Shown: positions 9,936 to 21,939, counted from the first letter of the stretch. The stretch is DNA of 64,000 nucleotides from Thecamonas trahens ATCC 50062 (GCF_000142905.1 NW_013657664.1:400133-464132), one strand, 5' to 3'. Made by a program: numbers and translations. Notes: generated by a model from the sequence alone, not told the origin.

Positions 9936-11462
9936 CTAACGGCCACCTGGATGGTGTTGGTACGGCGGCCGCGGCATCATGGAGAGACCCAGCTGCTGCT
10001 GCTGGAGCTGGAGCTGGAGCTGCTGGTTGCGGGCGAGCTGCTGGCTCTGCTGCTGCTGCAGCTGCTGAATCTGCTGAGCTTGCGCCAATTGCTGCATTTG
10101 CTGCATCTGCTGGATGCGCTGCTGGACTTGCTGCAGCTGCGCGAAGCTGTCGTTGACAGCAAGGTTGTCGCCGCCGTCGCCATTATCACCATTGTCGGAT
10201 GCGAGGTCATGAGGCTCGCCACCGGCAAACGTGCCGGAGGAAATGGCGGCGGGTGTCGGCATCGACGAGCTCGCCTTCCCGACGTGCGGCTGCTGCGGGT
10301 ACATCGTCGACACCTGCTGCTGCATGAGCGCCGAGCTACCGGTGAGCATAGGCCCACCTGCGGAGGGTCCGCCGAACGACGACATCGCTCCGACCGACGA
10401 CATGCCGAGGCTCAAGCTAGTCGGCGGCGGTTGCGGGTACGACGGGTTGTTCATCGAGAGGTACTTGATGACGCCGTCCTGGTACTGGACAACATTGCGC
10501 AGATGGGCCAGCTCCTTTTCCAGCAGCAGCCGTGAGCGCTTGCTCTCGTGCGAGTTCTCCGACGACGGGTTCGACGACGTTGATGAGCCGCCCTCGCTGC
10601 TTCCCAGAGCGGACACAGTCGGCGACGGCTTGGCGGCTGACCGCTTGCGCTTGCGCGAGCGGACCTTGTCGCGTTCAAACTTGGAGACCGAGAAGATCGG
10701 CGCGAGGTCGACATACGAGTGTCCAACGACGGCACACGTCTTCATGTCGACGTCGACATAGCCAACACGGAGGACAAACGGCAGGTTAGAGTGAAAGTGC
10801 GAGTTGCACTGAATCGACGCCGCAAAGGCGCGAACCGACCGTCCGAGGCACGAGCCAAAGACCACGGCGGGAAAAGCGATATCCTTCCCAACGTAGTGGG
10901 AAAAGACAGCTTCGGCCTTGCCTGCGCCCTCAATCGACTGGCCCTCGGATGTCTCGTCGCCGGGCAGGACTGCGTCCGACGCCAGCTCGGCCACTCGGGC
11001 AGGCAGGCCGTTGTCCCATGCGCCAACCGGATGGCCGAGATGGCGCACCTCCTGCCCGCCTTTGCGGAACTGGTGTCGGAAGAGGAGCAGCGCAAGCGGC
11101 GGGCAGCGGGCACACTTTTCCACTGGATTGCTATCAGGGTGCTCCAGCCGCCACACCAGCAGCCGCTTGACACCCTTTCTTGGCAGCTCAGAAGAGCGGA
11201 CGTGAATGAACGGGAATATTACCCGCGAGCGAAGGACCTCGAGTCGGTCAAGCAAAGTACCCGACGACCGGACGCTCTGCCGGATCTGGTTCGAGAACTG
11301 CAGGCCGCGCTCGCCAGACGTTTCGCTCAAGCTCATCCGCACCTCGTTCGTTGTTGTGCCTCCGCCAGGCATGCCGGTTCCGAACCGGATCTGCAGCTTG
11401 CCATCGGCCGTGGCCCACTCAACCTTTGCGATCGACTCGTCTTCAAGTGATGATGAAGACAT
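9936..11462 (-). CDS. Putative transcription factor (possible CudA/Spt23-like Ig-fold DNA-binding domain, NLS, Gln-rich tail)
   Basis: Long ORF with CARC ... CNSHFH..PFVL ... PIFSVSK, basic RSRKRKRS, short coiled coil and polyQ C-terminus. Family assignment is inferred. Confidence 0.55.
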   Translation of the reverse strand: MSSSSLEDESIAKVEWATADGKLQIRFGTGMPGGGTTTNEVRMSLSETSGERGLQFSNQIRQSVRSSGTLLDRLEVLRSRVIFPFIHVRSSELPRKGVKRLLVWRLEHPDSNPVEKCARCPPLALLLFRHQFRKGGQEVRHLGHPVGAWDNGLPARVAELASDAVLPGDETSEGQSIEGAGKAEAVFSHYVGKDIAFPAVVFGSCLGRSVRAFAASIQCNSHFHSNLPFVLRVGYVDVDMKTCAVVGHSYVDLAPIFSVSKFERDKVRSRKRKRSAAKPSPTVSALGSSEGGSSTSSNPSSENSHESKRSRLLLEKELAHLRNVVQYQDGVIKYLSMNNPSYPQPPPTSLSLGMSSVGAMSSFGGPSAGGPMLTGSSALMQQQVSTMYPQQPHVGKASSSMPTPAAISSGTFAGGEPHDLASDNGDNGDGGDNLAVNDSFAQLQQVQQRIQQMQQMQQLAQAQQIQQLQQQQSQQLARNQQLQLQLQQQQLGLSMMPRPPYQHHPGGR

Positions 11463-12736
11463 GCTCTCCCACTCGAGGCGACTGGAGTAGCTCGAAGTGA
11501 GACTGGGGAACGTGTTCGGATGCTGTTCGCGACAGGGAGGAGCCTCGACCGACAAAACACAAGCGAGGACCTCCGCGGCACGGTAAGCAAAATATTAGTA
11601 GCCACTCGGCGCGTCTATAAAGAGCCGCACCGATAAGGAAGTGAGGGTGAGTTGGCAGATAGGAACAGTATCATGGCCAAGTTGGATGGCTACAGAAAAA
11701 GGTCAGTGTGTCCCACCCGCGCCAGCCTCGCCGCAGTGGGCGCGTCATGCAGCATAGCAAAGCAAAGATGTAAGGGAAAAACTCCCAAACCAAGCACTCA
11801 CATCCATGCCAGGCAATGCATTCCCCTCCAATTTGGACGCAGGGCGAGTGCACACGCGAAAGAAGGACGGGGGGGAGGGGGGGGGGGGCGCGAGTCAAAA
11901 AATATTGAAGCCCATCCTACAACGCCCCCCCTCCCCCGCAGTGGTGCGACCCTCCCTGCCACGCCGACCATGATAGGGGGCACGTGGCGAGCATTGAGCT
12001 GAAGCAGACATTAGCGGAGATGGCAGGGCTGCACGTTGCTTGGACTTGCACCTATACGCCATTCCACATCCCCTTCCACGGCTCAACAGCTCGTTGTCCA
12101 CGCAGTGGAAGCGACAGCGGGCGAAAGGCGGAATATATATACATATTCACCAACACAACGAGACAAGGCTGCAACCAGTTACCCGCAGTCACAGCTGGTG
12201 GCGGGAGGCGGCTTGGAGCGAGCCATCACGAGCATGGCAAGCCAAAATACAAGCCGAGGAAGGGGGGGGGGGGGGGGGGGACAGGGAGGGAAGGTCAGGG
12301 CGCGGAAGAACCGGAGCTTGACGGGTGGAAAAGGGGAGGGGGAGAGCGGGCGGGGGAAGGGGGGTGGGCAAAAGGGGGGGTTTCGGGCCGGCGAAGAAGG
12401 GGCGTTGGCTCAGGTTGGCTTGGGCGGGTGAGCGGAAGCAGGTGAAGGAAGGTTATGTAGGGAGGTGGGGCAAGGAGCACAGGGAACCAGGGTACGTACA
12501 GAGAGTTGGGAAGTTCCCCAACTGCAACGCGCTACTCTAGGCAACGAGTTGAGTCTACCACGGCTTGACGTGGGTCGTGTACCCCGCCGAAGGTGCAACG
12601 TCGCTTGGCTGCCAATTGAAGTCAAAAATTGCGGAGGCGACATGCCGAAAACGGCAATTGGCAACACTCACTCAATTGGTTACGCGCTGGTGCACGTGGC
12701 TAATTCACGATATCCTCCGCATCATCTGTGTAATGA

Positions 12737-13702
12737 CTACTCTCCGTCGTCAAAGCTCAGTAGGTGTGCGGCATGGCCCGGCGGGGGTGCCTTGCGCTTG
12801 CGGCGCTTCTTGCGCGTGCTCGCCCCACCCGTGACGCTCTGACAAGTGGTATCGCGAGAATTGGCAGTAGTTGGCTCGCTCATCTCAGCCAGGTCACGGG
12901 CGTGGTCAACGGCGTTGACTCGCTTGCGTTTGCGGCTCGACGTGGCAGATAGGACCGAGTCTTGGGCAGGTCGCGGGGCGGGCGACGGCAGCGCCGAGGC
13001 TGATGCACGCCGCGCAGACCGCGCCTCGAGCACAGCGCGCGCCTGGGCAGAAATGGGTCCGGCCGGGCGATCCTCAGTGGAGGCACCGACGGGCGAGTCA
13101 TCGCCGGCGGCGGCGGCGACGACGGCAGCAATCTCGGCGGGCGAGTAGCCCTGGGCAACAAGCTCATCGAGGTTGGCAACGGCTGGCCCTTGAGTGGCGT
13201 ACTTGGACGATGCAGCGGTGGTCCCGGGCCGGGCGCCCTCGCGGTCCTGCGCCTTGCGCGCCTTGGGCCCGCGCGTCATCGACGCTGCTGACGCCGTCGG
13301 ATCGAGCACCACCGTCCGCGCCCGCGCCTGCCGCGGTCCGCCCGCCGCCAACTTGTCGACGCCTCCAAGAGGCGTCGGCGCTCCACCGGCAGCGCCAAAC
13401 AGGGCCCCGAGCGACGACGAGTCGACGACGGCATGGCGCCCTCCGCTTCTTCCGCCGCTTCCGCCACCTGCGGCTCGCGCCTCCCGCCGCTGCGCCTCGG
13501 CGCGTGCCTTTAGCACGCTCTCGTCCTCCTTGCTACCAAGAGCCTGGGCGACGGAGCCCTGCAGAAACTTGGGCAGCGCATGGTTGTAGCGGATGGCCAT
13601 GCCTCCGCCTCGCCTCCCGCCCCCACGGCCTCGTCCACCGCCACGCCCGCCGCCGCGTCCACCCCGGCCACGCGAGCCCAGCCCGTGTCGGCCCTTTGCC
13701 AT
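12737..13702 (-). CDS. DUF4604/KIAA1143-like protein with RGG-rich N-terminus
   Basis: IRYNHALPKFLQ near the N-terminus; basic patch followed by LLSFDDGE at the C-terminus. Confidence 0.6.
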   Translation of the reverse strand: MAKGRHGLGSRGRGGRGGGRGGGRGRGGGRRGGGMAIRYNHALPKFLQGSVAQALGSKEDESVLKARAEAQRREARAAGGGSGGRSGGRHAVVDSSSLGALFGAAGGAPTPLGGVDKLAAGGPRQARARTVVLDPTASAASMTRGPKARKAQDREGARPGTTAASSKYATQGPAVANLDELVAQGYSPAEIAAVVAAAAGDDSPVGASTEDRPAGPISAQARAVLEARSARRASASALPSPAPRPAQDSVLSATSSRKRKRVNAVDHARDLAEMSEPTTANSRDTTCQSVTGGASTRKKRRKRKAPPPGHAAHLLSFDDGE

Positions 13703-13972
13703 GGCTATTGTGTCTGTTCGCTGTGGAAGTGAGAGTGGAGTGGTTGCGCCTGTGGCTGTGGCTATGTGCTGGGGGCGACGTGGGCATGGTTGTGGTCGGC
13801 GGACACAGCGCTTGGCAGACTCCGTGGTGGGTGCCGAGCTCGATCACCAGTCTCATGCTCAGACATGTAGGACTGATCAAGCCCTCTGCGCATTCCTCGA
13901 CCATGACCAGTCATCTCGACTGAGTAGACTGGCCTAGACCGGGCTATCTGCCATGTGTAGTCCTCTTCCTTG

Positions 13973-14030
13973 TCGCTAGATCTAGCGATCGCGGCGGGCG
14001 GGCGGGCGGCGGGCGGGCGGGCGGCGGGCG
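13973..14030. promoter_or_regulatory. 16-bp palindrome plus tandem GC boxes in a divergent promoter
   Basis: TCGCTAGATCTAGCGA followed by repeated GGGCGG, between divergent genes. Confidence 0.35.
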
Positions 14031-14216
14031 ACATGCGACGCGGCTGGGCAACCACATCCTCATGGCGAATGGATGTGTGCGATGAGCTTGAAAGCAGCGC
14101 GTGCTTGCAAATCAATGCCTATCAACCTGGTGGTAGTGTGGTAGCGCACCACATCACATCAGGTCGTGTCGGTTCATGTCGTGAGTGTGATGTGGGCCTG
14201 GCGGCCATCTCTGTGA

Positions 14217-14699
14217 GTGGCAATGCTTAATGTGGGCTGTGTGTATGTGAGGGGGGAGGGGGGGGGGGAGACAGTGGGGTGGCGGTCGACGGGACGGCGT
14301 GGCAGACCCGGCACAGATGGGAAGTACAGCCACGACCAGCCCCACCCACCCGCCCCCCTCGACCTCACCTGCAACCGCAACCATTCCTCTCCTGTCCTTC
14401 TGTTCTCCTGTTCCTCCTCGTCCACGACCCTCCACCGGAACCCCCCCCCCTACCCCCCCCCCCCCCCCCCCACCCTGTCTGTCCGCATACAGGTGGCTGA
14501 CGCGGTCAAGACCCTCCGGGCGGCAGGTGAGACGACCGTCGAGAGTCTCATAGAGCGGCTATGTGGTAAGCTCGGCATAGCCCCGCCCGACTCGCACGAG
14601 TATGGCATCCTCTATCTGCCACAGGCTCGCTGGCTCATCGACTCGCGTACTCTGGCGGTCGAAGGCGTATTGACAGCCAGTGATGGCGGTGGTGGCGGT

Positions 14700-14732
<33 letters not shown>

Positions 14733-16901
14733 GGTGGTGGCGGTGGCGGTGGCGGTCATGACGGCGCTTCCGGAAGCAGCAGAGGCTTACCGCCGCGAGG
14801 TGCTGCGCTCGAGTTTCGGCGCAGGGGCTACTTTGAGTTCTGCTTCTTTGCCATTCCCGAGCCGCCGCCGTTGGATCTGATTGTGGCATCGCGGGCGGAG
14901 CTGGCAGCCATGTCGGCCCGCACCGTCGCTCGGCTCGTCCCCAATCCGCCGCCGCAGCGGACGTCATCGCGGCTCGATCACGACGTCCTGGTCAACGAGC
15001 AGCCATCGGCGTCGCACATATGCGTTGAGTTTGCCGCAGCAACAGCCGCCTTTATCTCTGCCCGCTGGGTCGTCTCGCCCATCATCGGCGTCAAGCTCAT
15101 GGCCATTCTGCTGCAGCTTCGCGCCCCGCTAGCGGCGACCGACAGCCTCACCGCGGACCGGCGTGCTGCGCTCGAGCTCGCACTCGCCTCGCCATCGCTT
15201 GCGCCGGCATACCTCCGCAAAAAGTCTGCCAATGTCGACCCGGCGGTCGTTTTCAACCTGCAGCGTTCCAAGGCCACTACGTCGCCGGACGCCCTGCGCG
15301 CCGAGTTTGTTAAGGCCATGATGTACTCGCCCGACTTTGGCGTCGAGTTCTTCCCAGTCTCCATCTACTACACCACCGAGTCGGTGGTCAACGTCACCAC
15401 CCTCCGCACCCGCATCCTCGGTGTCTCGCGCAACGGCATCACCGTCCACTCGTCGCGATCGCGCAAGCAGCTCGAGGCCTACCCACTTCTCGCCATCGGC
15501 GCCGTCGAGACCCGCAACGACAAGTTTGCCATCGACGTTGGCTCCGACGCCAAGCTCGTCGGCCGCTGTGACGGCCCCGACGTCCATCGCCTTGCCGCTG
15601 CCCTCGAGTTTTACCTCGGCTGCGCCGCCCGGCTGATGGGCGACTCGCGCGCTGGTGCAAGCTCCGCTACAGCCCGCAGTCCGACTCGCGCTGGTCAGGG
15701 GCCGGCGCTGTCGTCCGCGCCGCGATCACGGCTCTCGGCTGGCCCGCTTGCTGCTGTCGAGCGTATGTCGCTCCAGTCGAGCACCGACTACCGCGACGAA
15801 GCCGTCGATGTCGTCGTCTTCTCGGTCTTTCCTTTCCGTCCGTCGCTTGGCGACGAGCTTGCCTTCTCGCCAGGCGACGCCATTGTCCTCCTTGAGTCGT
15901 TTGATGATGGGTGGGGCCTTGGCACTCTCCGCAGCGGCGTTGAGGGCATGTTCCCGCTCTCCTACACGACCCCGTCACCGCAGCTCCCGGCGTCTATCCG
16001 GACAAGGCTGCTGCGGACCGGCGCGTTTATCACAAAGCCTGCTGCCGCTCGCGCCACTGTCGGCGGGGCGGCAGCTACGTCTGCCGCCAAAGCCAAGCCG
16101 GATCGCAATCGCAACCCACATGGCAAGGCGCCGCCGCCGGCCAAGCCGGCCAAGACCAAGTCGCAGCCGCAGCCCAAGACTCAGGCGTCGCCGCTGTCGT
16201 CCACGCCGCCGGTCGTCGTTGCTTTCCGGCCCGGCCGCAAGACATCCATGATGGGCCGCGGCGTTGCAGACTCGGCGCGGGCTGCGTCTCCGGCCCTGGA
16301 GCTTTCGTCAACAGCCTCGACGTCTGTTGCGTTTCGTCGCGACCGACAGTCGTCGATCCACTTGGCTGGACGGCCGTCCGCTGCCAACTCGGTCGGCCCG
16401 CCGCCGCTATTGGGCAAAGGCCTGCAGGTACCAGCCCCCCAAAGGCACGACCAAAGCGCGGTTGCCTCGGCGCAGCGTGCCTCCGAACCGGAGCTTGCCA
16501 TTCCCGAGCCGATCTCGATGTCCGAGGCCGAGCTCGACTCGGTCCTCGTGCTCATCGAGACTCGGGTCCGTGAGGATTCGGCTACCTCGGATTCGGGGCG
16601 CGGTGAGAGCGGCGGCGACGAAGCGGCGGGCCTCGACGTCAATTGGGAGCCGAGTGTGGAGCTCGCGCTCGACAGCGCGTTTGTCGACAACGATTGGGGC
16701 AACGAGCTCGCTTCATCGCCGCACACCCTCTGGGCGCCGTCTGCAGAGTCAGCTGTCTCGTTTGCCTCGCTCGACGCCGACGCTGCCCTCGCCACCGTCG
16801 AGTCGAGCTCGGTCGACGGCGCGCCCAACGACGCGCTGGCGGCGCTCGACGCGCTCATGGTCGAGTTTGACGACATCAGCAGTCTCAACTCGTTTATTTG
16901 A
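14217..16901 (+). CDS. Talin-type FERM domain + SH3 domain protein (start uncertain)
   Basis: LSVRIQV..VKTL, WLIDSRTLAVEGV, FGVEFFPV, RILGVSRNGI, FAIDVG; SH3 motifs DELAFSPGDAI...DDGWGLG...GMFPLSY. Confidence 0.75.
14685..14756 (+). repeat. (GGT/GGC)n trinucleotide repeat encoding 24 Gly
   Basis: Directly visible inside the FERM-coding region. Confidence 0.9.
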
Positions 16902-17961
16902 TCAGCGCACGCACGCGCTCCACCTCTACACCAAGCTCGTTGCCCAGCGCCGCCGCCGCGCTCGCCTCCATCGCCGGTGTCACGTACTCGGCTTCGAGCG
17001 CCGCCAGCTGCGCCGCAGCCTCTGGTGCCAACCCGTCGCGCGCATCTCCAGCCGCTCCATACAACTTGATCAGCTCTGCCGGGACAGGCGCATAGCCTGG
17101 TGAAGAGTAGTGCAGCAGCACGCTCATCATGTACCCGGCGTAGAGCGTGAGCGTCAGCGAGTACAGCGCGAGACCGCACGCGAGCCGGCTGTCATCGTCG
17201 CCGCCATCAGGCACCACGTTAAAAGGCTGGCACACGGAGCCATCCTCGGCAGTACTCGGAGTGTCAGCAACAAGAAGAGGCGCCGCCGCAGCGCTCGACA
17301 TCGCGCCGTGCCACAGGCCGGCGGCCACCGCGGACGCGGCGTCGACGATGGCGCCGCACGGGCCAATAAGGGCAAGGACGTCGAGCCGGGCCGGCGGGCG
17401 AAGCGCCAGCCATGGACACACCTCGGTCAAGTCGTCGACGTCGACGCCCACGCAAACTTGGCGGATATGCAACAGTGTCTGCTCAGCCACCTGGCGTGTC
17501 ATGTCCCCCCAAACCTCGTCAGGGAGCTCAGCCACAAACTCGGCCACAGTCGCGCTGTGGAGGCCATACGTCCGTGCGACGCCACCACGGATCACCGCAC
17601 TTGCGGCATCCAGCACATACTGCCACGGCTTGCTGTCGAACACCTTGCGCACAGCACTCTCCGCACTCTCGTCCATACCTGCTGCAAGAGCAAGTGTGGT
17701 GAGGTGGTGGTCATCCAAGCGCTGCAGAGCGCCGGGAAGCGTCGCGCGCCACAATGTCGTCGCCGCCAGGATCGACGGGCAAGACTGCCTCTCGCGAGTG
17801 CTGGAGACCCAGGTGTGGGAGGCTGTGACGGTCGAGGTCACGATGGTGCCGTACCTCAACTCGAGCTATGTCACGGCATCATGTGCGCGCGATGCCGGCA
17901 TGACGTCTGCAGGCCGACGCGGCGCAGTGAGCACCAGGACCGGCACGGCCGCCGCCGTCAT
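16894..17961 (-). CDS. Hypothetical protein; probable intron 17866-17946
   Basis: 321-aa ORF with coding-like composition; short MTAAA first exon; GTGACATAG acceptor identical to that of the TatD intron. Confidence 0.55.
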
Positions 17962-18017
17962 CGTCACACTGTGTTTGCTATTGCTAGCGTGGGTGGCGAG
18001 TACTGCCGTGGCCGCGG

Positions 18018-20586
18018 TCATGCCGACTCGACCGACTCGCCCGACGACGAGCTGTCGGCCATCCCGGCGTCGTTGCCCTCCTCGTCGATGCGAGCAACTT
18101 CGAGAAATACAGCCTCCAGAGACTCCATGGCCAGCTGGATGTCGTGGATGCCGAGCGACTTCTTGCGCTTCTCCAGCGCCTTGAGGAAGCGCGACATGTG
18201 CGAGAGCTGGCTGCGCGGGATCTTAAACGAGAGCTGGGCATCGTCGCGGGCCGAGGCCGGTGGCTCATCTGACTCGCTCGCGTCCGACTCGTCCAGCTCG
18301 ACACCGGGCAGGCGGTCGCGGACAAACTCAGCAATGTCGCCGAGCTTGCCGGCGCGGGTGACGAGGGTGACGCGGTAGCCGGTGCCAAACTGGTTCTTGA
18401 GGCGGAGCGAGGTGCCGGCGGTGGACAGCTGGCCGCCCGACATGATGGCGATGCGGTCACCAAGGACGTCGGCCTCGTCCATGGCGTGTGTGGTGAGGAT
18501 GATGACGCGCCCAGCCTTTTTGGCCTGGATGAGGTTCCAGACCTGGCGGCGCGAGACCGGGTCCATGCCGGTTGTCGGCTCGTCGAGGAGAACAATGCGC
18601 GGGTCGGCGACAAAGGCAATGGCCGTCGAGAGGCGACGGCGCATGCCGCCCGAGTACGCGCCCGATGGCAGGTCTCCGGCGGCAACGAGGTCGACGTCGG
18701 CGAGGCGAGCCTCGACCTCGTCGGCAATGTCTTCGTGAGGCACACCCTTGAGCCCAGCGTAGAGCTCGAGGTGCTCACGGCCGGTGAGCTCGCCCCAGAG
18801 GATGTCGTGCTGGGGGCAGACGCCCATGACGGCACGGATCTGGGCCATGCCGGTCACGATCGAGTGGCCAAAGATGCGGGCGTCGCCGCCGGTAGGCGCA
18901 AACAGGCCCTGCAGCATGTGGACGGTTGTCGACTTGCCGGCGCCGTTGTGGCCGAGGAGGGCGACAAGCGAGTTTTCCTCAACGTGGAACGAGAGGCCGT
19001 CGACGGCCTTGAACTCGCGCTTGCGGACCCAGCAGCATCCGCCGCGCTTCGAGTACGTCTTTGCAAGTCAAAGAGCGCGACGGCAGTCGACGATGGGAAC
19101 GTCTTGTTGCGGGCCATCTCGTACTCGGCGCGGACGGTCGGATCGCGGCGGGCGTAGTAGTCGTCGCGCTCGCGAACAGCGGCCGTGGCTGCACCGGCGT
19201 CAACAGGCAGACCACGCCAGTACGAGCGGGTGAACGGAAAGTAGAACGGGCGGGAGACGCCGTAAACCGACGGCAGCACATTGTCCAGGTACCAGGTGAG
19301 GAAGCAAAAGAAGAAAAAGTCTGCAATGAGCCACTCGTAGACCGAGACAAGCGCAAAGTCGGCGTTGGAGCTACGCTCCGACCACGACATGCCGTTGTCA
19401 TCGGCGTCGTCCGACTGCGCCGAGATGTCGGCAATGCCCTTGGAGAGGAGCACAAAGGGGAGGAATGAGAAGAGGACCTTGTACAGCCGGGCGGTCGACG
19501 GGGCGTACACCAGTTGCTGGAAGCCCTGCACAATGATGCCCAGCAGAAAGATGACAAAGCCGAGCGAGGTCGCCGTCCGCGAGTTGGAGACAAGCGTGGA
19601 GAGGACAAACGAAAGCGGGACCATGGCGAGCGAGAAGAGGAGAAAGAGGAAAAGTAGGTGCCAAAGTCGTTGGCGAGGAAGAACTTGAACTGGAACACCG
19701 CGCCCGCAATGACGAGGACAAGGACCGAGATCAGGTTCGACGCCGCGTTGAAGAGCAGCCACGAGAGCCAGTACGACGACGACTTGAGGCCCATGATGTT
19801 CATGCCCTCGCGAAGCTTGGCCTCCTTCTCGGCCACTACCCGCCCGAGTTGGATGACAAAGTTGAACATGAGCGCTGCAAAGAAGAATGCCGGTCCGAGC
19901 TCGCCCACCACGTCGTACGAGATGAGTTCCGGGTGCGCAAACGGGAGTAGGTCGACCCGGTACTCGAGCCCCGGGTTGCCTGACAGCTCCTCCATCAGCG
20001 CCCGCTCCACAGCAGCCTGCATCGGCAGCAGCGTGTACTCGGTCGGGTCGATGGGAAAGCCAAACGAAGTCGTTTCGGTGTAGTTGTACTGGATGGCGTA
20101 GCCGACAGTCCGCAATCCGGTCCCGGCATCAGTGGTCACGTTGAAGATGTACCCGCCCTGCGTCGAGTTGCGATTGACGTTGAGGTAGTCATCCATGGCA
20201 TCCGGTGAGGCAAAGGAGCGGACTTCGCTGCTTGGAATGCTAAATCGGGACTGGATGCGGGCGACGACGGCGGGAGCAATGACGGCCTCGTTGGAGGTGT
20301 ACACGAGAGAGAGACACGGGCCAGTACTGGCATCGCCTAGAATACAGCGCGGATACGACTGAAAGGGAATGCGATCAGGAGACCTCTCCACCTTGAGCAA
20401 CTTGTCCAGCCGAGCATTCGCCTGCAGCGCAAACTGGAGCACAAAGAGAAGAACAACAAAGACTAGAGGCACAATGGCCTGCACCACTGTCGACCGGAGG
20501 TTCCGCTTGGCGAGGATAGCGTTCTTACGGAGAAGCAACCGCGTCTGCTGCACACGCGTAGCCACACCCTCCTTGAACGACTCCAT
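18018..20586 (-). CDS. ABC transporter subfamily A half-transporter; apparent 1-nt deletions at about 19650 and 19060
   Basis: LLLRKNA..KRN, VAEKEAKLREGMNIMGL..SYWLSW, WYLDNVLP..YG...PFYF, Walker A GHNGAGKST, GVCPQHDILW, YSGGMRRRLS, LLDEPTTGMDP, LTTHAMDEAD; three ORFs join into one. Confidence 0.93.
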
Positions 20587-20708
20587 GGTAGTATGTGTGA
20601 GGGGGGGAGGGGGGAGGGAGGAGGGGGAGGAGTGAGTACCTTTGTTGGGGGGCGGCGGTGGTGGGGCGGAGGGCGCGGGGGGAAGAGTGGCGACAGCCAT
20701 GATCGGTC

Positions 20709-20808
20709 NNNNNNNNNNNNNNNNNNNNNNNNNNNNNNNNNNNNNNNNNNNNNNNNNNNNNNNNNNNNNNNNNNNNNNNNNNNNNNNNNNNNNNNNNNNN
20801 NNNNNNNN
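20709..20808. other. Assembly gap (100 N)
   Basis: Run of N. Confidence 1.
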
Positions 20809-21028
20809 CGCTCGTAGGCAAGTATCGGGGCCGGCTTTTTTGCAGTTATGCGCAAACAGATACGCTGTAGATCACTAGTGCACCCTCTCCTTCGACGCAG
20901 TCGACGTACATTCATCCATCTAGTGCTACTAGAGACTATACATACCTCGGTATCGGCAACACTATCCTCGCACATACATACTTCTTTTCATCCTCATATC
21001 CATACATATTCATATACACACATCCTCA

Positions 21029-21262
21029 AATAGCATACACATCTATATATATATACACATATACTTGATATATATATACATATATATACATACATATATC
21101 TAGAGATATATGTCTTATGTATATATATTTATATATAGACATATATAGACATAGAGATATATCTATACATACACCCATACACACATACACATATATATAT
21201 ATACATACATATATACACATATATATAGAGATATATACACACATATATATATATGTTATATA
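21029..21262. repeat. Degenerate (TA)n/(CA)n AT-rich microsatellite
   Basis: tatatatatacacatatac... in a GC-rich background. Confidence 0.9.
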
Positions 21263-21483
21263 TGGGTCTAGGTGGGGGTAGGTGACAACACAGGACTTGG
21301 GGGGTCATGGCGCAGTGGGCTGCAGGCGGGCCGTTGGTTGGTGGAATGGCTGGGACAGGCGGGACAAGCATGGCCAAGGTGGGCTTCCACCGGACAGGGC
21401 TTAGGCTGGAGGCGCGAGGAGGGAGTGCGGACGAGCATGGCAGCAGGCGGCGGGTGGGCGGAGACGGAGGCCATGGAGATGCC

Positions 21484-21540
21484 GAGGCACGGAGAGACGG
21501 CGAGATGGAGGCACGGAGAGACGGCGAGACGGAGGCGCGG
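21484..21540 (+). repeat. About 2.3 x 24-nt tandem repeat
   Basis: gaggcacggagagacggcgaga(t/c)g repeated. Confidence 0.7.
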
Positions 21541-21675
21541 GGCTGGCCAGAGGATGGAGCAGCAGAGAGCGAGGATGAGGGCAAGGTCGAGGAGGAGGTG
21601 GTCGGAGTGGGGGTGTTGGCGAGGCAGGAGCTGCCGCGGTATGCGCAGACCACACCGCAGCTGGTGGATGCGTGG

Positions 21676-21939
21676 ATGACGGGCTCGATGTGGACCTCGT
21701 TTGCCACGCCCGAGACAGGCTGGTATGGGTACATGCTGCTGGGCGCCACAGCTGTTGGATTTGTCGTGGCCATCTACATCATCGTCCTCTCCAAGTTCAT
21801 GCCGGTCACCGGATCGCCGCTCGTCGACTACATCTCGCAGGACCACTACTACTCGGTCCTCATCCCCTACCTTGCGCCCGTCGCCCTCGTCTACGTCTAC
21901 TTTTCATGGCTCTCGTTCAAGTTCTACCGGCATAACTAG
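21676..21939 (+). CDS. PIGY: PIG-Y family GPI-GlcNAc transferase subunit (ORF is open back to 21307, so the start is uncertain)
   Basis: Two TM segments; DHYYSVLIP and WLSFKFYRHN C-terminus typical of PIG-Y/Eri1. Confidence 0.75.
   Translation: MTGSMWTSFATPETGWYGYMLLGATAVGFVVAIYIIVLSKFMPVTGSPLVDYISQDHYYSVLIPYLAPVALVYVYFSWLSFKFYRHN

Noticed and set aside
18018-20586. ABCA and CDF genes as pseudogenes
   Set aside because: Key motifs are intact with no nonsense decay; the breaks are only homopolymer indels.
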